Origin: Deltaproteobacteria bacterium UBA5754
Lineage (GTDB): Bacteria; Desulfobacterota; Dissulfuribacteria; Dissulfuribacterales; UBA5754
NCBI GenBank assembly: GCA_002419025.1
Contig: DIFG01000087.1
Span: 1 to 47,960 of the forward strand
Reading direction: 5' to 3'
Length of the DNA: 47,960 nt
Shown here: positions 8,198 to 16,680 of the stretch, piece by piece
Numbering within the stretch: position 1 is the stretch's first letter
How the letters are laid out: each line of letters starts with the position of its first letter
Translations under genes and position numbers: made by a program
The notes under the pieces: generated by a model
The model's database searches: none
What the model saw: the letters and a program-made list of their open reading frames with translations, nothing else
What the model was told of the DNA's origin: nothing

Positions 8198-10126
8198 ATG
8201 AACATGCCGCTTTATCTCCCCCTCATCCCTTTTCTTCCCCTCGCCTCGTTCGTTTTCACGATCCTCTTCGGCAACAGGCTTGGGGAAAAGCGGGCACATT
8301 TCGTCCCCATCGCTACCGTCCTTGCATCCTTGGCCCTCTCCATCGTTGCATTGGGCGACGTCTTGAATGGGACAAGGATCAATGCCGACCTTTATACCTG
8401 GATCCAGTCTGGAAGTTTCACGGTCTCAGTTGGTTTTCTCCTCGATCAGCTCACTGTCGTGATGCTCATCGTGGTGACGAGCATCAGTTCCCTCGTTCAT
8501 ATTTATTCCGTCGGCTACATGCATGGGGACCCGGGATATCCCAGGTTCTTCGCGTACCTCAGCCTCTTCACCTTCTCCATGCTCATGCTGGTCACCGGAA
8601 ACAACTTCCTTCAGCTCTACTTCGGCTGGGAGGCGGTGGGACTCTCCTCCTATCTCCTCATCGGATTCTGGTACGAGAAGGTCTCAGCGGCAAACGCCGG
8701 GAAAAAGGCCTTCATTGTGAACAGGTTCGGAGATTTTGGTTTCGGCCTGGGGGTCATCCTCATTTTTCTCCTATTCGGAACCCTCCATTACGATCCCGTC
8801 TTCGCCCAGGCATCCGCCATGACAGGACGTACGTTTGATATCTTCGGCATGAGCTTTGATCTACCTACCTTGGTCGCCCTCCTCCTCTTCTGCGGTGCCG
8901 TGGGAAAATCGGCACAGATCCCACTCCACGTCTGGCTTCCTGACGCCATGGAAGGCCCAACACCCGTATCCGCCCTGATCCATGCAGCGACCATGGTGAC
9001 CGCAGGTGTCTTCCTCGTGGCCCGATGCAACCCTATTTTCGCCCTATCGGAGACCGCGCTCAATGTCGTAACCGTGACAGGAGCGGTGACATGCCTATTT
9101 GCGGCCACCATCGCCCTGGTGCAGGTGGACATCAAACGGGTCGTGGCCTATTCGACCGTGAGCCAGCTTGCCTACATGTTCATAGGATGCGGAGTCGGGG
9201 CCTACAGCGCCGGCATCTTCCACTTGTACACCCATGCCTATTTCAAGGCACTTCTCTTTCTTGGATGCGGAAGCGTCATCCACGCCATGAGCAACGAACA
9301 GGACGTCAGATCCATGGGAGGGCTGAGAAAATATCTCCCAATCACCTATATCACCATGCTTCTCGCCTCGTTGAGCATCTCCGGAGTACCAGGATTTGCG
9401 GGATTCTTCAGCAAGGACGAGATCCTTGCAATGGCCTATGCCTCCCATGTTGGCGCGGGAAAATTCGCATGGGCCGTTGGAACCCTTGTGGCGTTCATGA
9501 CCGCATTCTATTCATTCAGGCTCTTCTTTCTGACCTTTCACGGAAAATTCCGGGGTACAGAGGCACAGAAAAGGCATCTCCATGAATCCCCGTACGTAAT
9601 GACTATACCTCTCATGTTTCTTGCCTTCGGGGCAGTCGCATCAGGATGGGTGGGTATACCTGCAATCCTTGGAGGAGGCGCCCACTGGACACATTTCCTC
9701 GAACCTGTTCTTGGGCATCCGGCAGTCCATCTGGACCATAAAACGGAATGGATCCTCATGGCGACGTCTGTAGCAGCGGGAGGCCTTGGGATACTGCTTG
9801 CAATAGTCATGTATCTCCTCAATCCGTCTATTCCTGTAAAAATAGGCGCTGCCTTCCCTGCAGCATATCGATGGCTCTTTAATAAGTATTACGTGGATGA
9901 GCTCTACGATGCGACGATCATCAAACCCACGATCGGCCTTGCCAAAAGCGTACTCATGAAGATCACGGACGGGGCCATAATAGAAGGGATCGTAAACGGA
10001 ATTCCCAGGCTCGTCGGCTCCTTCTCAGGTGTCTTGAGGCGTATCCAGGACGGAAACGTCCAGCACTATCTTGCGGCCATGGCTGGAAGCGTCGTTCTGA
10101 TCCTATTCTGGTTCCTGAAGGGGTAG
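8198..10126 (+). CDS. nuoL: Complex I subunit L (antiporter-like)
   Basis: 642-aa Mrp-antiporter-like protein. Motifs GWEAVGLSSYLLIGFW and HAATMVTAGV, plus a long C-terminal helix region. Confidence 0.9.
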   Translation: MNMPLYLPLIPFLPLASFVFTILFGNRLGEKRAHFVPIATVLASLALSIVALGDVLNGTRINADLYTWIQSGSFTVSVGFLLDQLTVVMLIVVTSISSLVHIYSVGYMHGDPGYPRFFAYLSLFTFSMLMLVTGNNFLQLYFGWEAVGLSSYLLIGFWYEKVSAANAGKKAFIVNRFGDFGFGLGVILIFLLFGTLHYDPVFAQASAMTGRTFDIFGMSFDLPTLVALLLFCGAVGKSAQIPLHVWLPDAMEGPTPVSALIHAATMVTAGVFLVARCNPIFALSETALNVVTVTGAVTCLFAATIALVQVDIKRVVAYSTVSQLAYMFIGCGVGAYSAGIFHLYTHAYFKALLFLGCGSVIHAMSNEQDVRSMGGLRKYLPITYITMLLASLSISGVPGFAGFFSKDEILAMAYASHVGAGKFAWAVGTLVAFMTAFYSFRLFFLTFHGKFRGTEAQKRHLHESPYVMTIPLMFLAFGAVASGWVGIPAILGGGAHWTHFLEPVLGHPAVHLDHKTEWILMATSVAAGGLGILLAIVMYLLNPSIPVKIGAAFPAAYRWLFNKYYVDELYDATIIKPTIGLAKSVLMKITDGAIIEGIVNGIPRLVGSFSGVLRRIQDGNVQHYLAAMAGSVVLILFWFLKG

Positions 10127-10129
10127 TCC

Positions 10130-11677
10130 ATGGATATTCCCATTCTCAGCATCCTCATCTTTCTGCCTGTTGTCGGGGCACTCGCCCTCCTGCCCGTGGA
10201 TCGGGAAAGGCCTGGGATCATCAAATGGACGGCCCTGTCAGTGGCTACGATCGAACTTTTTGCATCAATTCCTCTATGGTTCCACTTCGACAAAACCACT
10301 GCTTCCATGCAATTCGTGGAAAAGGCCTCCTGGATCCCCGCATGGAACATCGAATATCACCTCGGGATCGACGGCATCAGTATCCTTTTCATCCTGCTTT
10401 CGGCCCTCGTCACCATACTTTGCATCCTTGTGTCCTGGAATGCGATAGAAAAGAAACGGAAGGAGTTCTTCATTTCCCTCCTCCTCATTGAGGGAGCCAT
10501 GATCGGTGTCTTCTGCTCCCTCGACCTCTTTCTCTTTTACATCTTCTGGGAGGCCATGCTTATCCCCATGTTCCTGATCATAGGGGTCTGGGGAGGACCG
10601 AAAAGGATCTACGCAGCGGTCAAATTCTTTCTTTACACCCTCGTAGGAAGCCTCCTCATGCTGGTCGGCATCATCATCCTTTATCAGACTGGTGGTCATA
10701 CCTTTGACATCCTTGCCCTCAGCATGCAGGAATTTCCATTCCGCCTCCAGATGCTCCTCTTTTGGGCCTTTTTCGCCGCATTCGCAGTAAAGGTCCCTAT
10801 GTGGCCCGTGCATACCTGGCTTCCTGACGCCCACACGGAGGCTCCGGCTGCCGGATCCGTCATCCTTGCAGCTATCCTCATAAAGATGGGGGCCTACGGT
10901 TTTCTCCGCTTTTCTCTCCCCATCTGCCCAGACGCATCCGTAGCCATGATGGTCCCCATGATCGTCCTCTCAATCATCGCCATCGTTTACGGGGGCATCA
11001 TCTGTCTCGGCCAGACAGACCTCAAGCGCCTTATTGCTTACAGCTCCGTTAGTCATATGGGCTTCGTGACACTTGGGATCTTTTCTCTCAATACCCAGGG
11101 AATGGAGGGAGGCATCCTCCAGATGATCAACCACGGAATCGTCACAGGTGCACTCTTCCTTGCAGTGGGCATGGTCTATGAAAGGACCCACACACGAAGG
11201 ATCGAGGATTACGGCGGACTCGCCTCGCACATGCCCATTTTCGCCGCTTTCTTCATGGTCTTCACCTTGGCGGCCGTAGGGCTACCAGGAACCAACGGGT
11301 TCGTCGGTGAGTTCCTCATACTCCTCGGCAGCTTTGTCGCCCGGTCCTGGGCGGGGGTGATAGCTGCGACGGGTGTCATCATCGGTGCCGCCTACATGCT
11401 CTGGCTCTATCAGCGGATCTTCTTCAATCCGGCAAACAGCAAGATCATCGGCCTCCCCGATCTTGACGACCGGGAGATAGTTACCCTTTTGCCCATGCTC
11501 ATCCTCATCCTTGTGGTCGGAATCTTTCCCACCCTCCTCCTCGACTATCTCCATGTCTCAGTGGCTCATCTCCTTGCCCATGTAACCGGAAACACGGCAG
11601 GCACAGGATCGAATGTGGGTTATTTGGCGGAAATCGCCGGCGGGATGAAGCAGATCCTGCCCCATATCCACCATTAA
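10130..11677 (+). CDS. nuoM: Complex I subunit M (antiporter-like)
   Basis: 515 aa. Motifs FYIFWEAMLIPMF and HTWLPDAHTEAP. Confidence 0.9.
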   Translation: MDIPILSILIFLPVVGALALLPVDRERPGIIKWTALSVATIELFASIPLWFHFDKTTASMQFVEKASWIPAWNIEYHLGIDGISILFILLSALVTILCILVSWNAIEKKRKEFFISLLLIEGAMIGVFCSLDLFLFYIFWEAMLIPMFLIIGVWGGPKRIYAAVKFFLYTLVGSLLMLVGIIILYQTGGHTFDILALSMQEFPFRLQMLLFWAFFAAFAVKVPMWPVHTWLPDAHTEAPAAGSVILAAILIKMGAYGFLRFSLPICPDASVAMMVPMIVLSIIAIVYGGIICLGQTDLKRLIAYSSVSHMGFVTLGIFSLNTQGMEGGILQMINHGIVTGALFLAVGMVYERTHTRRIEDYGGLASHMPIFAAFFMVFTLAAVGLPGTNGFVGEFLILLGSFVARSWAGVIAATGVIIGAAYMLWLYQRIFFNPANSKIIGLPDLDDREIVTLLPMLILILVVGIFPTLLLDYLHVSVAHLLAHVTGNTAGTGSNVGYLAEIAGGMKQILPHIHH

Positions 11678-11698
11678 GGCACAGTGAAGGAACCCGTC

Positions 11699-13153
11699 AT
11701 GAGTGGAATCGTTCTTCTTGCCCCCTACCCTGATCTCATTCTCGCTTTGCCTGAGATCTCGCTTCTCGTCCTCGGGCTCGTACTTGTAGCCGTGGACATC
11801 GTCTCACGGAAGGCCAGGATCATTCTTCCCTGGATCACCCTTGCAGGTGTGTCACTGACGGCCTTGTTTCTCGCTGACTCTGCTGGAGGAACGGCATTCG
11901 GGGGCATGTTCATATCGGACGCATACAGCAGTTTCGTCAAGATCGTGGTCCTTGCCGGTGTCGCCTTCACAACCCTCATCTCTGACCGCTATCTCGATAC
12001 CGAGGACATGAGGCATGGGGAATACTATGGCCTCATGGTCTTTTCCGCGCTCGGCATGTTCATCATGGCCTCTGCGGCCGATCTCATCGTCCTCTACTTG
12101 GGTCTCGAACTCATGGCCTTCTCTGTATATTGTCTCGTGGCCCTTCTGAAACAAGATCCGCGATCGAGCGAAGCGGCCGTGAAATACTTCCTCATGGGCG
12201 CCTTTTCATCAGCGATCCTTCTTTATGGGATCTCCCTCCTGTACGGAATGACCGGAACGACTGATCTTCTCGCAATCGCTGATGCGATGTCTGCCTACGG
12301 ACTTACCCATAACCCCGCCGCCCTCGCGGCAGTCGGCTGCATCCTGATCGCCTTTTCATTCAAGGTGGCAGCCGTTCCCTTCCACTTCTGGACCCCAGAT
12401 GCCTATGAGGGAGCACCCACGCCCATCACCGCATTCATGTCTGTAGGGCCCAAGGTGGCGGGTTTTGCCGTTCTCGGAAGGGTCTTCTTCACCTCATTTT
12501 ATGATGTGGAGGCCCAATGGGCCCCTCTCATTGGGGTCATCGCCTTTCTCACCATGGGCATTGGAAACATAGTCGCACTCTCCCAGACGAGCATAAAAAG
12601 GATGCTTGCCTACTCGGCCATCGCTCACGCCGGATACGCACTCCTTGGTGTTGTGGCCGGAACGGACGAAGGCCTTTCCGCGTCCCTCAACTACCTCCTC
12701 CTCTACACGTTCATGAATATGGGGGCCTTCGGGATCCTCATACTCCTATGCGGACCCGGAGAAAGACGGGAAACCCTCGACGATTACCGAGGACTCGCCA
12801 AAAACCACCCCATGGCTGCTGCCCTCATGCTCCTTTTCATGTTCTCGCTCACAGGCATCCCGCCGACTGCTGGATTCATCGGCAAGTTCTATCTCTTCGT
12901 CTCGGCCCTCAAGGAAGGACACACATTCCTTGTCATATCCGCTTGCATCTTCAGCGCCATATCCGCTTTCTTCTATCTCAGGGTCGTCCGGCTCATGTAC
13001 ATGGAGGAACCGGACAAGTCTTTCCCACTGTCCCTGTCCCCCGCCCTGTCGGTGGCCCTTTTGATCGCTGCTGTCGGGGTGATCGGTCTCGGGATCGCCC
13101 CAGGACCGGTCCTCGATATGGCCGGATCGGCCATCATGGGGTTCATGCGATAG
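11699..13153 (+). CDS. nuoN: Complex I subunit N (antiporter-like)
   Basis: The ATG at 11699 (MSGIVLL) lies 8 nt after GAAGGA. The alternative GTG at 11684 (the track start) is not excluded. Motif FHFWTPDAYEGAPTP. Confidence 0.85.
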   Translation: MSGIVLLAPYPDLILALPEISLLVLGLVLVAVDIVSRKARIILPWITLAGVSLTALFLADSAGGTAFGGMFISDAYSSFVKIVVLAGVAFTTLISDRYLDTEDMRHGEYYGLMVFSALGMFIMASAADLIVLYLGLELMAFSVYCLVALLKQDPRSSEAAVKYFLMGAFSSAILLYGISLLYGMTGTTDLLAIADAMSAYGLTHNPAALAAVGCILIAFSFKVAAVPFHFWTPDAYEGAPTPITAFMSVGPKVAGFAVLGRVFFTSFYDVEAQWAPLIGVIAFLTMGIGNIVALSQTSIKRMLAYSAIAHAGYALLGVVAGTDEGLSASLNYLLLYTFMNMGAFGILILLCGPGERRETLDDYRGLAKNHPMAAALMLLFMFSLTGIPPTAGFIGKFYLFVSALKEGHTFLVISACIFSAISAFFYLRVVRLMYMEEPDKSFPLSLSPALSVALLIAAVGVIGLGIAPGPVLDMAGSAIMGFMR

Positions 13154-13164
13154 ATAGAAAGGAT

Positions 13165-14301
13165 TCACACAAAGGCTGCCATGACGGTGTTTGCAATATT
13201 TCTTCCCTGTGGTGTGAGATATACTGCGTCACCGTCCGACTCAATAAGCCCCTCACGGAGAAAAAGATCCATAACGTCTCCATAATAATCCACGGGGTCG
13301 ATGCCGAACCGTTCGAGCAGGCCCCGGCGCGTAAATCCCTCCCGCGTCCTTAGGGCAAGGACAACCGTCTCACGGAAACGCGCCTCATTGTCCAGGGTCT
13401 CCTCAAAAATGACAGGTGACCGGAAAGAGCAAACGGCCTCGCGATAGAAAACAAGGTCGGCCGTATTTTTCCGCCTCAGCGGCGGGATGCAGGAGACGGC
13501 AGCGCACCCAAGGCCTATATACGCACCATTGGACCAATAATTCATGTTGTGTCGCGAGCGGAAACCGGGCCGCGCGAAGTTCGATATCTCGTAATGCTCG
13601 TACCCGTGTTCCGTGAGGAGAGAATCCGCGAGGTCCGAGAGGGCAAGGACTGTCTCCTCTTGGGGAAGAACCAGATCCCCACAGGAAAGGAGATGGGCAA
13701 ACTGAGTCCCGTCCTCAATGGTAAGTTCATAGCACGAGATGTGCTCCGGCCCGAGCCGGATCACCTCTTCCAGTTCCCGCCTCCACGTCTCAGGGTCCTG
13801 TCCAGGCCAGCCGTAGATGAGGTCCACTCCGATATTGGCAAAACCGGCCTTTCTTGCTGCCTCATAGGCATGAAGGGCATCTAATGCAGTGTGGATCCTG
13901 CCGAGAAAGGCAAGACCAGTGTCGTCGAGGGACTGGAAACCGAGGGAGATGCGGTTCACTCCGATGTCACGAAGGATACAGAGACGTTCAAGATCCACGG
14001 ACTCGGGATTCGCCTCGAGGGTGACCTCGGCTCCACTTTTCAGGACAGGGAAAAGGACGGACGACCGATCCATAAGGGCTCTGATATGACCGGGCGGAAA
14101 GATGGATGGAGTGCCACCCCCGAAGTAGATCGTGTCCCAATCGATGGCACAGACCTCGGGGATCCGGCTTACTGTTTCCAACTCGGCCAGAAGGGCGGAA
14201 AGGTATTCGTACGGCGAGACCTGATGGGCGTCAAATGAAACAAAGGAACAGTACGGACACCGCCTGCGGCAATATGGAATGTGAAAATAGAGGCCAGCCA
14301 C
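13165..14301 (-). CDS. hemW: Radical-SAM HemN-family protein of HemW size (heme chaperone / putative coproporphyrinogen III oxidase-like)
   Basis: 378 aa. Begins MAGLYFHIPYCRRRCPYCSF, which carries the CxxxCxxC radical-SAM motif. Convergent with nuoN across a 11-nt gap. Confidence 0.8.
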   Translation of the reverse strand: MAGLYFHIPYCRRRCPYCSFVSFDAHQVSPYEYLSALLAELETVSRIPEVCAIDWDTIYFGGGTPSIFPPGHIRALMDRSSVLFPVLKSGAEVTLEANPESVDLERLCILRDIGVNRISLGFQSLDDTGLAFLGRIHTALDALHAYEAARKAGFANIGVDLIYGWPGQDPETWRRELEEVIRLGPEHISCYELTIEDGTQFAHLLSCGDLVLPQEETVLALSDLADSLLTEHGYEHYEISNFARPGFRSRHNMNYWSNGAYIGLGCAAVSCIPPLRRKNTADLVFYREAVCSFRSPVIFEETLDNEARFRETVVLALRTREGFTRRGLLERFGIDPVDYYGDVMDLFLREGLIESDGDAVYLTPQGRNIANTVMAAFV

Positions 14302-14320
14302 TCGATAAACTGCGTGTTTC

Positions 14321-16108
14321 TCAGGAGAGGGGACACCAGGACACGAGATCCTCTTCCCCTTGAAGATGGTTGGAGATGCACGCTCCGAGTATCTCCTGGA
14401 TGTCTTTTGACGAGGGGGCGCCCAAAAGATCCCTCACACATGAGGTGCACTGATCTCGGCGGCACAGCCGGATCAATCTCTTTATTTCCGGAACGGCCTG
14501 CGGATTCATGCTCAGCTCGTCCACCCCAAAGCCCACGAAAAGGGGTACGTAAAGGGGCTCGCCCGCCATTTCCCCGCAGACCGAGATCTCGATCCCTGCC
14601 CCATGGGCTGCCTCTACCGTCTGATGGAGCATACGAATGACCGCAGGATGGAGAGGATTGTAGAGGTGGGCCACATGTTCGTTCACCCTGTCGATAGCAA
14701 GGGTATACTGGATAAGGTCGTTGGTTCCGATGCTGAAGAAATCCGCCTCCTGCGCCAGGTGGTCAGCTATCAAGACCGCGGACGGGACCTCGATCATGAC
14801 ACCTACCTTGATGCCAGAATCGAAAGGAACACCATCCCGTATAAGCCCGTTCCTGATCTCCTCTATGTGGGCCTTTGCAGTCCGGATCTCCTGGACACCG
14901 GACACAAGGGGCAGAAGCATCCGTACATCCCCAAAGGCACTCGCCCGGAGTATGGCACGAAGCTGCGCCCTGAAAAGCTCCGGTTCCTTGAGAGACAGCC
15001 TGATGGCCCGAAGGCCCAGGGCTGGATTTATCTCCGGGGCGAAATGAACATGGGAGGCGAACTTGTCGCCACCGATGTCAAGGGTCCTGATGGTGACCGG
15101 ATAGGGCGCAATCTTCTCGGCCACCTCGCGATAGGTCTGGAAGAGGAGATCTTCGGACGGTAGTTCCTTGTGGGCAAGATAGAGGTATTCCGTCCGGAGG
15201 AGACCGACGCCCTCGGCCCCGTTTGCGATGACCGCAGGGATCTCGTCGATGAGCTCTATGTTGGCCTTGATCTTGATTCTATGTCCGTCTTCGGTCTCAG
15301 CAGGGAGGTGGCTTGAGTGAATGATATGGAGCTGGCGCCGAATGAAACGGGCCTGCTTGGCCCTGCTGACCTCAAGAAAGAGTTCGTCAGGAGCGATATG
15401 CACGACCCCGCAGATGCCGTCGACAACGAGCGTCTGACCCGACTCCACGGCGGAGGAGACGTGCTCGAGCCCCACAACCGCCGGGATACCGATAGATCGG
15501 GCAAGGATCGCCGTATGTGACGTCCTGCTCCCCATGTCGGTCGCAATGGCGAGAATCTTGTCCGCCTTCATACGAATTGTGTCCTCAGGCGAGAGATCGC
15601 GTGCAACGATGATGACGGGCTCTTCCGGATTGAAGGGATCCTCGCTGCCATTCCCTTCAAGGATCCTGATGACCCGTTCCACCGCAAACTCCACATCCTC
15701 GATCCGTTCCCGGATGTAGTGGTCCTTGATGTTCAGAAAAAGTTCCCTGACCCGGTCGAGTGCGCGCACAAGGGCCCATTCGGCGCAGACCTTTTCCTGG
15801 GCGATGAGGGCAACGGTCTGTTCATGGATCATCCGGTCCCGGAGCATAAGTCGATGGAACTGAAAGACATCCCCATATGCTCGAAGTTCGTCGGGCAGAT
15901 CCTGGAGGATCTCCGTAATCTCCCCTTCCGCCCGTTCCACGGCATCCCGAAAACGGGCCTTTTCCCGTTCTATGTCTTCCTCCCTGATAGGACGCCTGGT
16001 GACAAGGGGTTTGCGCGGATCCCAGACAAAGGCGGGTCCCACGGCAATGCCTGGAGAGGCCCCTATGCCCTGAATCTTTTTCAGAATGCCGATCTTGTCC
16101 TGCATCAA
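14321..16108 (-). CDS. ptsI: Phosphoenolpyruvate-protein phosphotransferase (PTS enzyme I)
   Basis: 595 aa. Motifs GIGASPGIAVGPAF, GSRTSHTAILARSIGIPAVVG and IGTNDLIQYTLA. Confidence 0.9.
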   Translation of the reverse strand: MMQDKIGILKKIQGIGASPGIAVGPAFVWDPRKPLVTRRPIREEDIEREKARFRDAVERAEGEITEILQDLPDELRAYGDVFQFHRLMLRDRMIHEQTVALIAQEKVCAEWALVRALDRVRELFLNIKDHYIRERIEDVEFAVERVIRILEGNGSEDPFNPEEPVIIVARDLSPEDTIRMKADKILAIATDMGSRTSHTAILARSIGIPAVVGLEHVSSAVESGQTLVVDGICGVVHIAPDELFLEVSRAKQARFIRRQLHIIHSSHLPAETEDGHRIKIKANIELIDEIPAVIANGAEGVGLLRTEYLYLAHKELPSEDLLFQTYREVAEKIAPYPVTIRTLDIGGDKFASHVHFAPEINPALGLRAIRLSLKEPELFRAQLRAILRASAFGDVRMLLPLVSGVQEIRTAKAHIEEIRNGLIRDGVPFDSGIKVGVMIEVPSAVLIADHLAQEADFFSIGTNDLIQYTLAIDRVNEHVAHLYNPLHPAVIRMLHQTVEAAHGAGIEISVCGEMAGEPLYVPLFVGFGVDELSMNPQAVPEIKRLIRLCRRDQCTSCVRDLLGAPSSKDIQEILGACISNHLQGEEDLVSWCPLS

Positions 16109-16395
16109 AGGTCCATTTCTCCGAAACCGCTCTTTACAAGGGCGGCAAGATTTTCAACCGCTTCCTGCGCATCCGGGCCCTCGGCCCAGATGGTGAGCTT
16201 CGTTCCTCGGGGAGATGCAAGGGTCAGGATCTCGAGGATGCTCTTGCCGTCCACCATCTCTCCTGCCTTCTGGATACAGATACGGGAAGAGAATTCGCTC
16301 GCAAGAAGCGCAAACCGTGAGGCAGGCCTCGCATGGAGGCCGAGCCTGTTGGGAATCACCACGTCTTCCTGAGCCTTCATAAGACCGTCCATCAT
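16105..16395 (-). CDS. ptsH: Phosphocarrier protein HPr
   Basis: Active-site context NRLGLHARPAS and a GKSILEILTL Ser region. ATGA overlap with ptsI. The start is ambiguous (ATG at 16395 or at 16380) and neither has a clear RBS. Confidence 0.8.
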   Translation of the reverse strand: MMDGLMKAQEDVVIPNRLGLHARPASRFALLASEFSSRICIQKAGEMVDGKSILEILTLASPRGTKLTIWAEGPDAQEAVENLAALVKSGFGEMDL

Positions 16396-16416
16396 CCAAT
16401 CGTCTTCAAGGTAGTC

Positions 16417-16485
16417 GGAAAATGGTCCTTTCGCCCGATTGCTGTGTTGCTCGAGCGAAATTCCTCATTTTTCAAAGTTCCCTTC
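16417..16485. repeat. Type-2 palindromic repeat, short copy
   Basis: GGAAAATGGTCCTTTCGCCCGATTGCTGTGTTGCTCGAGCGAAATTCCTCATTTTTCAAAGTTCCC matches 47721-47757 plus 47835-47862. It lacks the ~77-nt insert of the other copy. Confidence 0.75.
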
Positions 16486-16493
16486 ATTCAACC

Positions 16494-16630
16494 TTGATGG
16501 TCTCGTAAAAAGTCGAAAATTCCAATTTGGCGTCATTCCGGCGTAGGCCGGAATCCAGTGTTTCCAATATGTTCAGGATGCCGGATCAAGTCCGGCATGA
16601 CGAGTCCGACACTTTTTACGAATCCATCAA
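16494..16630. repeat. Type-1 MITE-like element, 137 bp, with 20-bp terminal inverted repeats
   Basis: Left end TTGATGGTCTCGTAAAAAGT (16494-16513). Right end ACTTTTTACGAATCCATCAA (16611-16630). The ends match 18/20 as inverted repeats. Internal hairpins TTCCGGC-gtag-GCCGGAA and TGCCGGA-tcaag-TCCGGCA. No ORF of its own. Confidence 0.8.
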
Positions 16631-16680
16631 CCTTGAAGAAATGCACGTCAGTCCGGCAAAGCCTGTAGGGGTTTTTATTC

